Below, piece after piece: positions 1-8,834 of a stretch of 64,000 nucleotides of DNA. The position numbers and the translations under genes are program-made. Below the pieces are notes generated by a model, which saw only the letters and a program-made list of their open reading frames with translations, ran no database searches and had not been told where the DNA came from. Source of the stretch: Fibrobacteria bacterium. GTDB taxonomy: Bacteria > Fibrobacterota > Fibrobacteria > UBA11236 > JADFYW01. The stretch lies in contig JBNKOC010000028.1 of the NCBI GenBank assembly GCA_050294405.1, positions 96,001 to 160,000 of the forward strand, read 5' to 3'. Positions within the stretch are counted from its first letter, which is position 1. The number at the start of each line of letters is the position of its first letter.

Positions 1-77
1 TTGGGCGCAGGTTTTGGAAATTGGCCCAGCTTTAAGTTGGAAACGCCTCCGTATTGCTGATAATAATAGGCCTGCAT
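1..77 (-). CDS. N-terminus of NADP-dependent (MDR/quinone) oxidoreductase, partial, runs off the window start
   Basis: Not in the ORF track. Manual translation from ATG at 77 gives MQAYYYQQYGGVSNLKLGQFPKPAP, matching the typical MDR/Qor N-terminus (MKA..y..yGgp..L...e.p.P.p). It lies downstream of a consensus promoter. Confidence 0.7.
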   Translation of the reverse strand, partial: MQAYYYQQYGGVSNLKLGQFPKPAP

Positions 78-129
78 GATTTTAGTGGTTATGGTTCTTG
101 GCTTTGCTTGGAGTAAGATAAAAAATAGT

Positions 130-148
130 TAGTGTATATTATACACTA
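130..148. promoter_or_regulatory. NrtR operator 1 (perfect palindrome TAGTGTATA-T-TATACACTA)
   Basis: Perfect 9-bp inverted repeat with GT-N7-AC core, next to an NrtR-family gene. Confidence 0.85.
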
Positions 149-149
149 T

Positions 150-178
150 AATATAGTGTTAAATTTACACTATGTCAA
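150..178 (-). promoter_or_regulatory. sigma70-type promoter: -35 TTGACA (178-173), 17-bp spacer, -10 TATATT (155-150)
   Basis: Read directly on the minus strand. Perfect -35, 5/6 -10, 17-nt spacer, pointing at the ORF starting at 77. Confidence 0.75.
154..172. promoter_or_regulatory. NrtR operator 2 (TAGTGTTAAATTTACACTA)
   Basis: Same TAGTGT-N7-ACACTA palindrome, occupying the promoter spacer. Confidence 0.85.
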
Positions 179-214
179 ATAAAATAACCCCTCTAAAAAC
201 TATGCCGGCAAATA

Positions 215-910
215 TTAAATTTCGAAGTGAAAGCCGGACTTGGCCAATTGTAGATAGCGTTTTTTGTTGAAACTATAAAGTCTGGCGGCCCGATGGGCCA
301 CATTGCTTTGAGTTTCGTTCAATTCAATTAGTAAATCGTAGGACAGAATTTTTTTGCGGAAATTGCGTTTGTCCAGTTTGTCTTCCAACACAATTTCATA
401 AAGTTGCTGCAACTGGGTGAGGGAAAATTTTTTGGGCAAAAGCTCAAAACCCAGGGGCTGACGTTTAATTTTGCTACGGATTTGCAAAAGAGCATCCGTT
501 AAAATTTGCTGGTGATCAAAAGCCAAAGCCGGACAATTGTGAAGGGTAAACCAGGCGGCATCGCTGGCGTCGGTTCCCCCCACAGGTTTTAAATGATTCA
601 TTTTCACCAGAGCCACAAAAGCAACTGTGACCACCCGGTCCCGTGGGTCCCTCTTGGGTTGGCTATAGGCAGCGAGTTGCTCCATGTATATGTCTTTAAG
701 GCCGGTCTCCTCCTGAAGTTCGCGGCTGGCGGCCTCTTCCAGAGTTTCCTCCATGGTCATAAAACCACCGGGTAGGGCCCACTTATTTTTAAAAGGGGGG
801 AGTTTGCGTTGTATCAAAAGAATTTTAAGGCATTTTTCATGGAGATCTAGGCCTATGACCACGCAATCAACAGTTAAGGCTGGGCGGGGGTATTTGTAAG
901 AGTATTTCAT
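215..910 (-). CDS. nrtR: NrtR-family Nudix transcriptional regulator (Nudix + winged-helix)
   Basis: TVDCVV, WALPGGF, intact Nudix box GFMTMEETLEEAASRELQEETGL, RDPR.RV, LAFDH; C-terminal FSLTQLQQLYE..DKRNFRKKI..RAARLYSF DNA-binding domain. Confidence 0.9.
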   Translation of the reverse strand: MKYSYKYPRPALTVDCVVIGLDLHEKCLKILLIQRKLPPFKNKWALPGGFMTMEETLEEAASRELQEETGLKDIYMEQLAAYSQPKRDPRDRVVTVAFVALVKMNHLKPVGGTDASDAAWFTLHNCPALAFDHQQILTDALLQIRSKIKRQPLGFELLPKKFSLTQLQQLYEIVLEDKLDKRNFRKKILSYDLLIELNETQSNVAHRAARLYSFNKKRYLQLAKSGFHFEI

Positions 911-938
911 AAAACCGAATTAAATAAAAATCAGCATT

Positions 939-957
939 TAGTGTATAAAATACACTA
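939..957. promoter_or_regulatory. NrtR operator 3 (TAGTGTATAAAATACACTA), autoregulatory
   Basis: Third copy of the palindrome, about 30 bp upstream of the nrtR start. Confidence 0.85.
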
Positions 958-985
958 TTATCCGGCAGGGGCGAGGCCCAATTTT

Positions 986-1507
986 TTAAGACCTGTTAAA
1001 ATAACGCTCTTTTAAAACCCCTATGTGGTGCATGGCATGGCCTATCATTTGAAAACCCAGAGCCAGGGGGCAAACTTCAACCTCAAAACAAACTCCCCGG
1101 GCCAAAAGCATGGGTTTATTCATGTGGGAAAAAAGCATAATACTGGATTTGCGCACACTTTGAAATTCCTCCAGAAGTTCGGGCATGGATTTTTGAAAAT
1201 GAGCACAGGCGCTTGCGTATTTGTTTTCATCGTAACCGGGTAACTTTAAACCCGGCTCCCGAGAAAAGGCTAAGGCACGGTAGGCCTGAACCCTATCATT
1301 ATCTATTACATGCTGCAAAATCTGTTTGGGAGTCCACTTGCCTTCTTCATAACGAAAATCCTGATATTGCAAAAGCTTTTCTTCCATTTTTTGAAAATCC
1401 ATTTGGGTATTTTCCAATGCCTCTAAAATATTTTCGGAAGGATTTACCAACTTGATATATCTATCAAAAAATGGAGGCATGAATTCCAAATCGTTAACGC
1501 TGAGCAT
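986..1507 (-). CDS. DinB-family protein
   Basis: RYEEGKWTPKQILQHVID..R...YRAL..LPGYDEN..GHAMHH. Confidence 0.85.
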   Translation of the reverse strand: MLSVNDLEFMPPFFDRYIKLVNPSENILEALENTQMDFQKMEEKLLQYQDFRYEEGKWTPKQILQHVIDNDRVQAYRALAFSREPGLKLPGYDENKYASACAHFQKSMPELLEEFQSVRKSSIMLFSHMNKPMLLARGVCFEVEVCPLALGFQMIGHAMHHIGVLKERYFNRS

Positions 1508-1574
1508 TTTGTTTCCTTTTGAGTTCTAAGCTTGTCTGGCCTTATTTTTGCAAAAAATAGCATTTTTCAAATAA

Positions 1575-1590
1575 TGTGAGGAAAATCAAA
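1575..1590. promoter_or_regulatory. CRP/FNR-like box TGTGA-GGAAAA-TCAAA
   Basis: 9/10 match to TGTGA-N6-TCACA in a divergent intergenic region. Confidence 0.4.
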
Positions 1591-1602
1591 TCCTGGATTA
1601 TT

Positions 1603-1618
1603 TGTGATCCCAATCACC
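1603..1618. promoter_or_regulatory. CRP/FNR-like box TGTGA-TCCCAA-TCACC
   Basis: 9/10 match to TGTGA-N6-TCACA, 28 bp from the previous box. Confidence 0.45.
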
Positions 1619-1794
1619 AGGGACAGATAAAAATAAGTGCATATTTTAATTAGCCGTTAAATAAAAACGGATGGAGGCAAAAAAAATATTAATTTTTAGG
1701 ATGTCGCAAAAATGTCAATATCAAGCTGCCGAATTTTATATGACATCATTACCCAATCGGATAATCACAACATCCGAAAAAGTCAGGAAAAAGT

Positions 1795-4700
1795 ATGAAA
1801 AATAAAATTGCATTCACCTTACTAACATTGCTGTTTGTCTTTTTGGCCGCATGTACCAAGACTCCCAGCGAACCCGATGGGGATGGCAAGGAAACCGTAA
1901 TCAAAGGAAAGTTGGTGGACAAGGACAATAATCCCATTGAAGGCGCTGTGGTGAGCCTTGAATCGGGAGATGCCAATCCGGCCATTACAGATGAAAACGG
2001 AGAGTTTATTTTAAGTGATGTGGAGGATGGGGAACATGTGTTGCTTATATACCATCCCGATTGGCAGCCCGAGGATAAACTGGAACTGGAAATCACTAAG
2101 GGCCAGACTTATGATTTTGAAGACCCCATTCAAATGGCCTCGGCTTATTACAACATAAAGGGAAATGTGGTGGCAGGAGCCTCCCAGGCTTTAGCCGGAG
2201 CTGGAATTGCAATTTCGGGCACAGATATTTCGGCCCTTACAGATTCCGATGGGGAATTTGATTTGCCACAGGTGCCCAAGAGCCTGGAAAAAATTGTGTT
2301 GCTGGCTGCCCATTCCGATGTGGGTTTCACTTCCATAGTCATAACGCCGGATGGTGAAGACCTGATAACCATTGAAGACATTGAACTTACAAATCAAAAC
2401 GGGGTTACCGTTTCCGGAAAGGTGCTGGATTCGGAAAATAAACCTATGCCTAATATATTAGTTCAGGCCATTGGAAACGGCTTGCAGGACACCACTAATA
2501 TTAAAGGGGAATACTTAATTAAAAATATTCCCAGCAATCAGGCCGGTGTGCGCATTGCGGTGCCTCCCACAGAGGATGGTTACGCAGGAGCGGTAATGGG
2601 TTTTGAGGCGAAACCAAACACCCACGTTTTTGGAATGGATATTACTTTGAAAAAAGTAGATCCCAAAAATGGAATCAGCTTTGTAACTACCGATCTAATC
2701 GTAAGAGACGATGATGAAGAAGTGCGTTTTGTGGTTTTCCCCATTTTGGAGGAAGATATTGTGGTGACCGAGTACCAATGGAAATTAAAAGAAGGGGAGG
2801 TTTTAGGTCTTACGGACAGGCCTTATGCTAAGGTTTTGGTTTCCGATTTGAAGGCCGCTGTGGAGGGTTTGGATTTGGATATTAAAGACCCAATAACCAT
2901 AGAAGTTTTGGCTAAAAACCAGGATGGGAAAAACAGCGCCACCTACAGCTTTAATATTACCATTCGCACCGATGAACCTGAATTTATTGAAGTAGGGGCC
3001 ACCACCTCTAAAAATGTGGAGCTCATGGACTCCCTCTCTGTTTTACAAGGCGAAGCGGTGAGCTTTATGGTAAAGGCCTATGACCCATTTGGGGGGCTTA
3101 GCTCTTTGGAATTAGACCCAGGTGATGAAAGCGATGTAATAACTGTGGCTTTGGACTCCAGTTTTCGGCTGTCCCATGTATATGAAGAAGTGGGAAATTA
3201 TGAGGCCATAATCACTATTAAGGATACAGATGACAATGAAAAAACCAAGAAGATATATATTGAAGTGACACCGTCTTCCCTGGAAAAAGCCCAACTTGAT
3301 TTCCCTTATCCCCAATATGTTAATCCGGAAAAAGACAAAAAAGTCAGTTTTAGTTGGGCTCCGGTGGTGGGAGAAAATGTGAGTTATGATGTTCTACTGG
3401 ATGCGGTGAACGATCCCCCCTATACTGTCGCAGCAGAAAATGTGGAGGGCACCTCGGTAAGTTTGACTCTTGATTCCGGCGTTGTTTACTTGTGGAGAGT
3501 GGTTGCCAAAGATGGAGATTTAATATCTTATTCTGAGATCAGAGAGGTAAGCGGTTTTAAAGAAAGGAACTATGAAGAAATCCAGGTGGAGCCAAAAAAC
3601 AATTCTTCACTGAATAATCTGTCCGCAACCTTTAGATTTTTACACGAAGACAATAGCACCTACCAGATATATTTGGGCTTCGGACCTGCAACCATGGCTC
3701 CTTTGGGAGATCCAATTGACTATTATTACTCACAGGACACGGCTCGATTTGTGAAAAGCGGATTGGTAGCGAATAAAACCTATGTATGGACTATTATTAG
3801 GGAAGATGAAGATGGTGTAAAACACCAAAGCGAAATCTGGTCCTTTAAAACCCCCAATACGGTTCCTACTGCTCCCTACCCTCGTTCTCCCAGCGGCAGT
3901 TATATTAGCCAGAAAAGCCCCATTAGCTTTAGCTGGGATATGTCCACAGATGCCGATGGGGACCAGCTTTACAACATTATATTCCTGGATACCCAAAACC
4001 CACCCTTTAATGTGGTAGCCGTGGTGAACGATACCGATGAATATGTTTATGAAGAAGGTGTGGAAGAAACGGGGACTTATTACTGGAGAGTAGCCACCAC
4101 CGATGGCCGGGATACCAGCTGGAGCAGCGAAAGTTATACACGAACCATTACTATTGTGAGCGGCGGCGTGGGGGCTGATATTTTAACTACTCCCGAAGAT
4201 TCTGCAGATGTGCAATTAAATTCCAGCAGCAGGGCCAGATTCCAGTGGACTCAGGAAGCGGGGCTCAGCTATAAGTTCTTAATTGGCGAAAGCATAGATG
4301 AAATGGACACCATAACATCGGCTATTTATAATGATGGGGATGAAAAATACCATGAAGAAATACTTCAGGGCAACCGCCAGTATTTTTGGACTGTAATTTC
4401 TACCGATGGACAGGGAAATGCAGTGGCAAGCCCAGTGCGCGCAATTTTTACTCTAAATCAGGCTCCTTCAGCGCCTGCTCCCTTATCACCGCGCAGCACT
4501 ACTGTTTTGGAAAACGAGGATATTGTATTAAGCTGGAGGCCAGCTGTTGATAAAGATGAGGACACGCTGACATACATAGTGTATTTTGAAAACATCAGTG
4601 CCCGTCCAGCCACTGAAATAATCGGTACCACGGCAGATAGCTTTTTCACCATTGAAGGGGGCATAGATTCGGCAACCCAGTTCTTCTGGCATGTGTTGGC

Positions 4701-6060
4701 AACGGATGGGCAGGACACAATCGCCTCTGGAGATAACAATTGGTTTTATACCAATTTGCCTCCGGAAATTTCCACGCAACCCTCAGACACAAGTATTTCT
4801 GTGGGAATCCCTTATTCATTGGAAATTTCTGTTAACGATCCCGATGAGGCCCAGACCCTTAATTGGTCGAATATATCTGTGCCTACGGGTTGGAGCACTT
4901 CCAAAGTAGACAATAACATGGGCAGAATCAACTGGACACCCACTTTGAGCGATGTGGGCGAGCATACCATAAGTATCAGAGTTCGAGACAATAACTACAA
5001 TGTGTCTTACGATACGGTTAGCTGGACGGTCACAGTTAGCGAACCTGAAGGCAGCTGGGATGTTGTGGGCGGACGCAATTTTAATGGTGGTTCCGCGACT
5101 TTCCAAAAAATTGCCTTTGTGGGAAATGTTCCACATGTGGCTTACAGGGAAAGCAACAATTTATTTGTAAACAAATACGAGAGCTTTACCTGGCTTCCCG
5201 TGGGAGCGGATGCAGCTATAAACGATACATCTGTATATAATAATAACATTGCCTTTGCTGTGGACGGTGATACTCCATACTTGATTTACAAAAATGGTTT
5301 TAGCCCTTATCAATTAGTAGCAAAGAGTTTTGGAGGAACGACTTGGGATACGGTAGGATCCGGGGCATTTGGGTCCCCTTATTACGCTGGCTCTGTTAGC
5401 CTGGCCTTTTCTGGAGGCATACCCCATGTGGCTTATGAAAACACGGGTAGAGAAGCCATTGTGGAAAAATTGAATGGTGCAGCCTGGGATACCCTGGGTA
5501 CGGGAATTCTAACAGCGACAGATGCTTATAGTCTGAGCATGCAGGTAGATGGAAGTAACGGAGATATTTACGTGGCCTTCAGGGATTATGCCAATACCGA
5601 ATTAGGAATGCGCAAGTTTGATGGCGCCACCTGGCTGGGCACTGCTGCCAGCTCTTCTGATGGAGATATCAGTCAGGTTTCCCTGGCTGTGGATGCCGCA
5701 GACAATAGCTTTTATGCTGCTTTTAGAGATACGGAAAACGGGAATACTTTAACCGTAATGCAATACAACGGTTCTGGTTGGGATGTTGTGGGCCAAAAAG
5801 CACTGGTGGCCATTAACAACCTGTTTAAAATTATTGCAGATAACGGAATATTGTATGTGCTTATTGAAGAAAGCAATAATCGCTTGTCTGTTATGAAATG
5901 GGAGGATAATTCCTGGGGCTACTTGGGTTACCCGCAGTTTACCCCTTCCAGCGCAGACAACTCTGATATGGCCTTGGATGCCAGTGGCAACCCTTGGGTG
6001 ATATTCAGAGATGGTGGCCAATCCAACGGCTCTACGGTTATGCAATACAGTCCAAACTAA
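1795..6060 (+). CDS. Large surface lipoprotein (carboxypeptidase-regulatory-like repeats, PKD-like, FN3-like repeats, cadherin/Ig-like, C-terminal beta-propeller-like)
   Basis: Lipobox FLAA-C20; three G.V.D....P..GA.V...TD..G.F units; repeated FSW...D.DGD.L.Y...YYWRV modules; W..VG repeats after ~5041. Confidence 0.8.
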   Translation: MKNKIAFTLLTLLFVFLAACTKTPSEPDGDGKETVIKGKLVDKDNNPIEGAVVSLESGDANPAITDENGEFILSDVEDGEHVLLIYHPDWQPEDKLELEITKGQTYDFEDPIQMASAYYNIKGNVVAGASQALAGAGIAISGTDISALTDSDGEFDLPQVPKSLEKIVLLAAHSDVGFTSIVITPDGEDLITIEDIELTNQNGVTVSGKVLDSENKPMPNILVQAIGNGLQDTTNIKGEYLIKNIPSNQAGVRIAVPPTEDGYAGAVMGFEAKPNTHVFGMDITLKKVDPKNGISFVTTDLIVRDDDEEVRFVVFPILEEDIVVTEYQWKLKEGEVLGLTDRPYAKVLVSDLKAAVEGLDLDIKDPITIEVLAKNQDGKNSATYSFNITIRTDEPEFIEVGATTSKNVELMDSLSVLQGEAVSFMVKAYDPFGGLSSLELDPGDESDVITVALDSSFRLSHVYEEVGNYEAIITIKDTDDNEKTKKIYIEVTPSSLEKAQLDFPYPQYVNPEKDKKVSFSWAPVVGENVSYDVLLDAVNDPPYTVAAENVEGTSVSLTLDSGVVYLWRVVAKDGDLISYSEIREVSGFKERNYEEIQVEPKNNSSLNNLSATFRFLHEDNSTYQIYLGFGPATMAPLGDPIDYYYSQDTARFVKSGLVANKTYVWTIIREDEDGVKHQSEIWSFKTPNTVPTAPYPRSPSGSYISQKSPISFSWDMSTDADGDQLYNIIFLDTQNPPFNVVAVVNDTDEYVYEEGVEETGTYYWRVATTDGRDTSWSSESYTRTITIVSGGVGADILTTPEDSADVQLNSSSRARFQWTQEAGLSYKFLIGESIDEMDTITSAIYNDGDEKYHEEILQGNRQYFWTVISTDGQGNAVASPVRAIFTLNQAPSAPAPLSPRSTTVLENEDIVLSWRPAVDKDEDTLTYIVYFENISARPATEIIGTTADSFFTIEGGIDSATQFFWHVLATDGQDTIASGDNNWFYTNLPPEISTQPSDTSISVGIPYSLEISVNDPDEAQTLNWSNISVPTGWSTSKVDNNMGRINWTPTLSDVGEHTISIRVRDNNYNVSYDTVSWTVTVSEPEGSWDVVGGRNFNGGSATFQKIAFVGNVPHVAYRESNNLFVNKYESFTWLPVGADAAINDTSVYNNNIAFAVDGDTPYLIYKNGFSPYQLVAKSFGGTTWDTVGSGAFGSPYYAGSVSLAFSGGIPHVAYENTGREAIVEKLNGAAWDTLGTGILTATDAYSLSMQVDGSNGDIYVAFRDYANTELGMRKFDGATWLGTAASSSDGDISQVSLAVDAADNSFYAAFRDTENGNTLTVMQYNGSGWDVVGQKALVAINNLFKIIADNGILYVLIEESNNRLSVMKWEDNSWGYLGYPQFTPSSADNSDMALDASGNPWVIFRDGGQSNGSTVMQYSPN

Positions 6061-6074
6061 ATGGCTTTTTCCCA

Positions 6075-6100
6075 TAGGACTCTGTCGGATTTAAGCTTTG
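6075..6100. repeat. Copy 1 of dispersed motif TAGG(A)CTCTGT(C/G)GGATTTAAGCTTTG
   Basis: Near-identical to 51841-51865 (one mismatch, one indel); both copies are intergenic. Confidence 0.6.
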
Positions 6101-6182
6101 TAAAGCGAGGCTGAGCGAAAAATCGGGGATCAAGGCGCGTTTTGCAGACGTAATAAGGGGAATTAATAATTAAATTCCCCCT

Positions 6183-7484
6183 ATGAAAAAAGAATTGCTG
6201 CGCCTTTCCCTTCCCCATATTTTCAGTAACGTCACAATTCCACTTTTAAGCTCGGTGGATCTTGGGTTAATGGGGCATGAAGGTGATTCTGCATTTGTGG
6301 GAGCGGTTTCTTTAGGCGCTATGGTTTTTGCTTTTTTGTATTGGAGCTTTGCCTTTTTGCGTATAGGCACATCGGGACTTACCTCCCAGGCTTATGGCCG
6401 CAAAGACAATGCAGAATGCGGCCACATACTTTTCAGGGCCTTAGGCATAGCCTTGCTCACTGGCATACTCATAATTTTGTTCCGGCCTTTGATTTTAAAT
6501 CTGGCTTTTTCCTGGGAATTGGCGGAAGAAAAAGTGGAGTCTCTTTCCAGAACATATTGCAACATCCGTTTTTTAGGCGCTCCAGCAGCCCTTAGTTTAT
6601 TTGCCTTAAATGGTTGGTTTGTGGGCATGCAAAACGCCAGATATCCCATGTATATATTGCTTTTTGTAAACAGCTGCAACATTGTATTGGATGTATTATT
6701 TGTAAAGCATTTTGGTTGGGCAGTGTCTGGGGTGGCCTTGGGCACAGCTCTTTCCAACTACGGGGGCCTTTTCTTGGGTTTGTGGCTGTTGCAAAAAAAA
6801 TACAAGTCTTATTTGCTAACGCCCCCAATTAAAACTTTGCTTTTCCATTCGGGGTTAAAAAAATTATTGAGCCTTAATTTCCATATCTTTTTGCGCACCT
6901 TAATGATAATATGCGTGTTCGCCTATATGCAGTTTAAACCGGCCCAACTCTCCAAAGACTTACTTGCATGTAATGCCATCCTCATGCAATTGGTCTTGTT
7001 TTTTACCTTTTTTGTGGATGGGCTTGCCTATGGGGCGGAATCTCTTTCTGGCAAGTTTATTGGCGCAAAGGACAAAAGCAGTTTTTTGCTTATGCTAAAA
7101 TGGGCCTGTGTTTTTTCTTTGGCAATTGCCCTGGTTTTCTTTTTGAGCTTCGGGTTTTTTGGCCATTACATTGTGAAGCTTATGACCGATCTCCCTCAAG
7201 TGCAATCTTTAGCGGGGCAATATATATGGCTTGCCTCTGCCATGGGGCTTTGCGCCTGGGGCGGATTTTTATGGGACGGCATATATATAGGGGCCACAGC
7301 TTCAAAGGCCATGTTGTTTTCAGTGGGCCTTTCTTTTTTCGGAATTTTTATTCCTGTTGCCTTTTTGCTGGGAAGGGTCGATCCCATGCTGGGAATTTGG
7401 CTGGCATTTAATGGGTTTTTTCTTGGGAGAAGCATCTTCCAAACTATTTGGGCTAAAAGAGTCTTAACTCCGCTCTTTTCCTAA
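6183..7484 (+). CDS. MATE-family efflux transporter (DinF-like)
   Basis: LSLPHIFSNVTIPLLSSVD..GH, FLRIGTSGLTSQAYG, DGLAYGAESLSG; about 12 TM segments. Confidence 0.9.
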   Translation: MKKELLRLSLPHIFSNVTIPLLSSVDLGLMGHEGDSAFVGAVSLGAMVFAFLYWSFAFLRIGTSGLTSQAYGRKDNAECGHILFRALGIALLTGILIILFRPLILNLAFSWELAEEKVESLSRTYCNIRFLGAPAALSLFALNGWFVGMQNARYPMYILLFVNSCNIVLDVLFVKHFGWAVSGVALGTALSNYGGLFLGLWLLQKKYKSYLLTPPIKTLLFHSGLKKLLSLNFHIFLRTLMIICVFAYMQFKPAQLSKDLLACNAILMQLVLFFTFFVDGLAYGAESLSGKFIGAKDKSSFLLMLKWACVFSLAIALVFFLSFGFFGHYIVKLMTDLPQVQSLAGQYIWLASAMGLCAWGGFLWDGIYIGATASKAMLFSVGLSFFGIFIPVAFLLGRVDPMLGIWLAFNGFFLGRSIFQTIWAKRVLTPLFS

Positions 7485-7528
7485 TGGGACCTTCAAAAAC
7501 TTTATTTAAAAGTCCCTTTTTCGGAAAT

Positions 7529-7705
7529 TTAGCCTCCTGTGCCCAAGTCGCTTCCCAGCTCATCAAAATAAGCCCTCAGAGCCTTTGATGTTTCGGTGCG
7601 GCAAGGCGGAGAACAATAAAAAGGATGTATGGAGGAATCGGACTCAATAAGAGGCGTGTGGCAATATATGCATTTTAATTGAGTTTTTGTCGCTGTAAGT
7701 TTCAT
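7529..7705 (-). CDS. Small Zn-finger protein, YacG-like (58 aa)
   Basis: Start reassigned to ATG 7705, with AGGAGG 6 nt upstream. CIYC...PFYCSPPC resembles the YacG CxxC...PFCSxxC motif. Confidence 0.6.
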   Translation of the reverse strand: MKLTATKTQLKCIYCHTPLIESDSSIHPFYCSPPCRTETSKALRAYFDELGSDLGTGG

Positions 7706-7758
7706 AAGGGACCTCCTTTTCTCTTCTATTATTTTATCAACTATATTTTGCAAAGGGA

Positions 7759-7774
7759 AGTGATTATCGTCACA
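7759..7774. promoter_or_regulatory. CRP/FNR-like box (TGTGA-CGATAA-TCACT on minus strand)
   Basis: 9/10 match to TGTGA-N6-TCACA, about 55 bp upstream of the Zn-finger gene. Confidence 0.45.
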
Positions 7775-7925
7775 ATGGCAAAAAAAAATTATGGAAATCC
7801 CGAAAAAAGCATTATGTAAATAGCACCACAACTTATCGGAGTATAGAGATAGAAGCTTTAGAAGAAATTAAAACTGGGCTAAAAAATGTCCTTGCGGCCA
7901 TCCATTTTTAGAAGTCCAGAATTAA

Positions 7926-8834
7926 TTATTCTTCGGTCTGGAAGGCCGATTTTTGGCCCCTTAGCACGGAATTGCCTTCAAACAACTGGGACTCGTCCAC
8001 TGAATCGGGGCTTAGCCAATCGCTTTCATTAAACTGGCCGCTTTGGCCATACATTCCCAAAGCATTGCCGTAAACCACTTTTTCCACATCGTTTCTGGCC
8101 ACACCCAGCTCTAGCATGAGCTTTGCTGTTTTGGCCACAGATACAGAATCGCTTACACCCCAATCGGCGCTGGAGTCTACAATGATGCGTTCAGAGCCGT
8201 ATTGCTTCACAATATCCACCATGCGCCGGCTGCCCATTTTGGTATTTTTGTAAATAGTAAAAGCAGTCCAGTATCCCCTGTCTAATACTTCTTTGCAGGT
8301 TTCTTCATTGTTGTGGTCAATACAAACCATAGAAGGCTTAATTCCATGTTCTTCAATAATATCCATGGAAAGCTGGGTGCCCTTTTTTTTATCTCTGTGA
8401 GGGGTGTGGATCATCACAGGCATGTTGTATTCTTTGGCTAAATCAAGCTGAGCGCGGAAAAATTTTTCCTCGGCTTTGGTAACATCGTCAAATCCGATTT
8501 CTCCTACGGCTACCACTCCCTCTTTTTGCAGATAGCGAGGCAAAATATCAATAACTTCTTGGGCCAGAGCTTCATTATTCGCTTCTTTGCTGTTTAAACC
8601 TATGGCGCAATAGTGTTTTATTCCAAATTGACCGGCTCTGAACCGCTCCCAGCCCAAAAGAGAAGCGAAATAATCTTTGAAACTTCCAATGTTAGTACGT
8701 GGCTGGCCAACCCAAAAAGCAGGCTCAATAACAGCCACGACGCCGGCTTCTTTCATGGCCATGTAATCGTCGGTGGTGCGAGCGGATAAATGAATGTGCG
8801 GGTCAATTATTTTTAAATCAGAGGATTGGGTCAT
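7926..8834 (-). CDS. eboB: TatD-family hydrolase, EboB type
   Basis: DPHIH.SARTTDDY, EPAFWVGQPRT, GEIGFDD, IHTPHRDKK, DHNNEET, DSSADWGVSD; adjacent to eboA. Confidence 0.85.
   Translation of the reverse strand: MTQSSDLKIIDPHIHLSARTTDDYMAMKEAGVVAVIEPAFWVGQPRTNIGSFKDYFASLLGWERFRAGQFGIKHYCAIGLNSKEANNEALAQEVIDILPRYLQKEGVVAVGEIGFDDVTKAEEKFFRAQLDLAKEYNMPVMIHTPHRDKKKGTQLSMDIIEEHGIKPSMVCIDHNNEETCKEVLDRGYWTAFTIYKNTKMGSRRMVDIVKQYGSERIIVDSSADWGVSDSVSVAKTAKLMLELGVARNDVEKVVYGNALGMYGQSGQFNESDWLSPDSVDESQLFEGNSVLRGQKSAFQTEE

Noticed and set aside
121..180. CRISPR-like short repeats
   Set aside because: Only two copies 24 bp apart with no spacer-length unique sequence and no cas genes; explained as NrtR operators
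7486..7521. Terminator after the MATE gene (GGGAC...GTCCC-TTTTT)
   Set aside because: Only a 5-bp stem with a 21-nt loop; too weak to call
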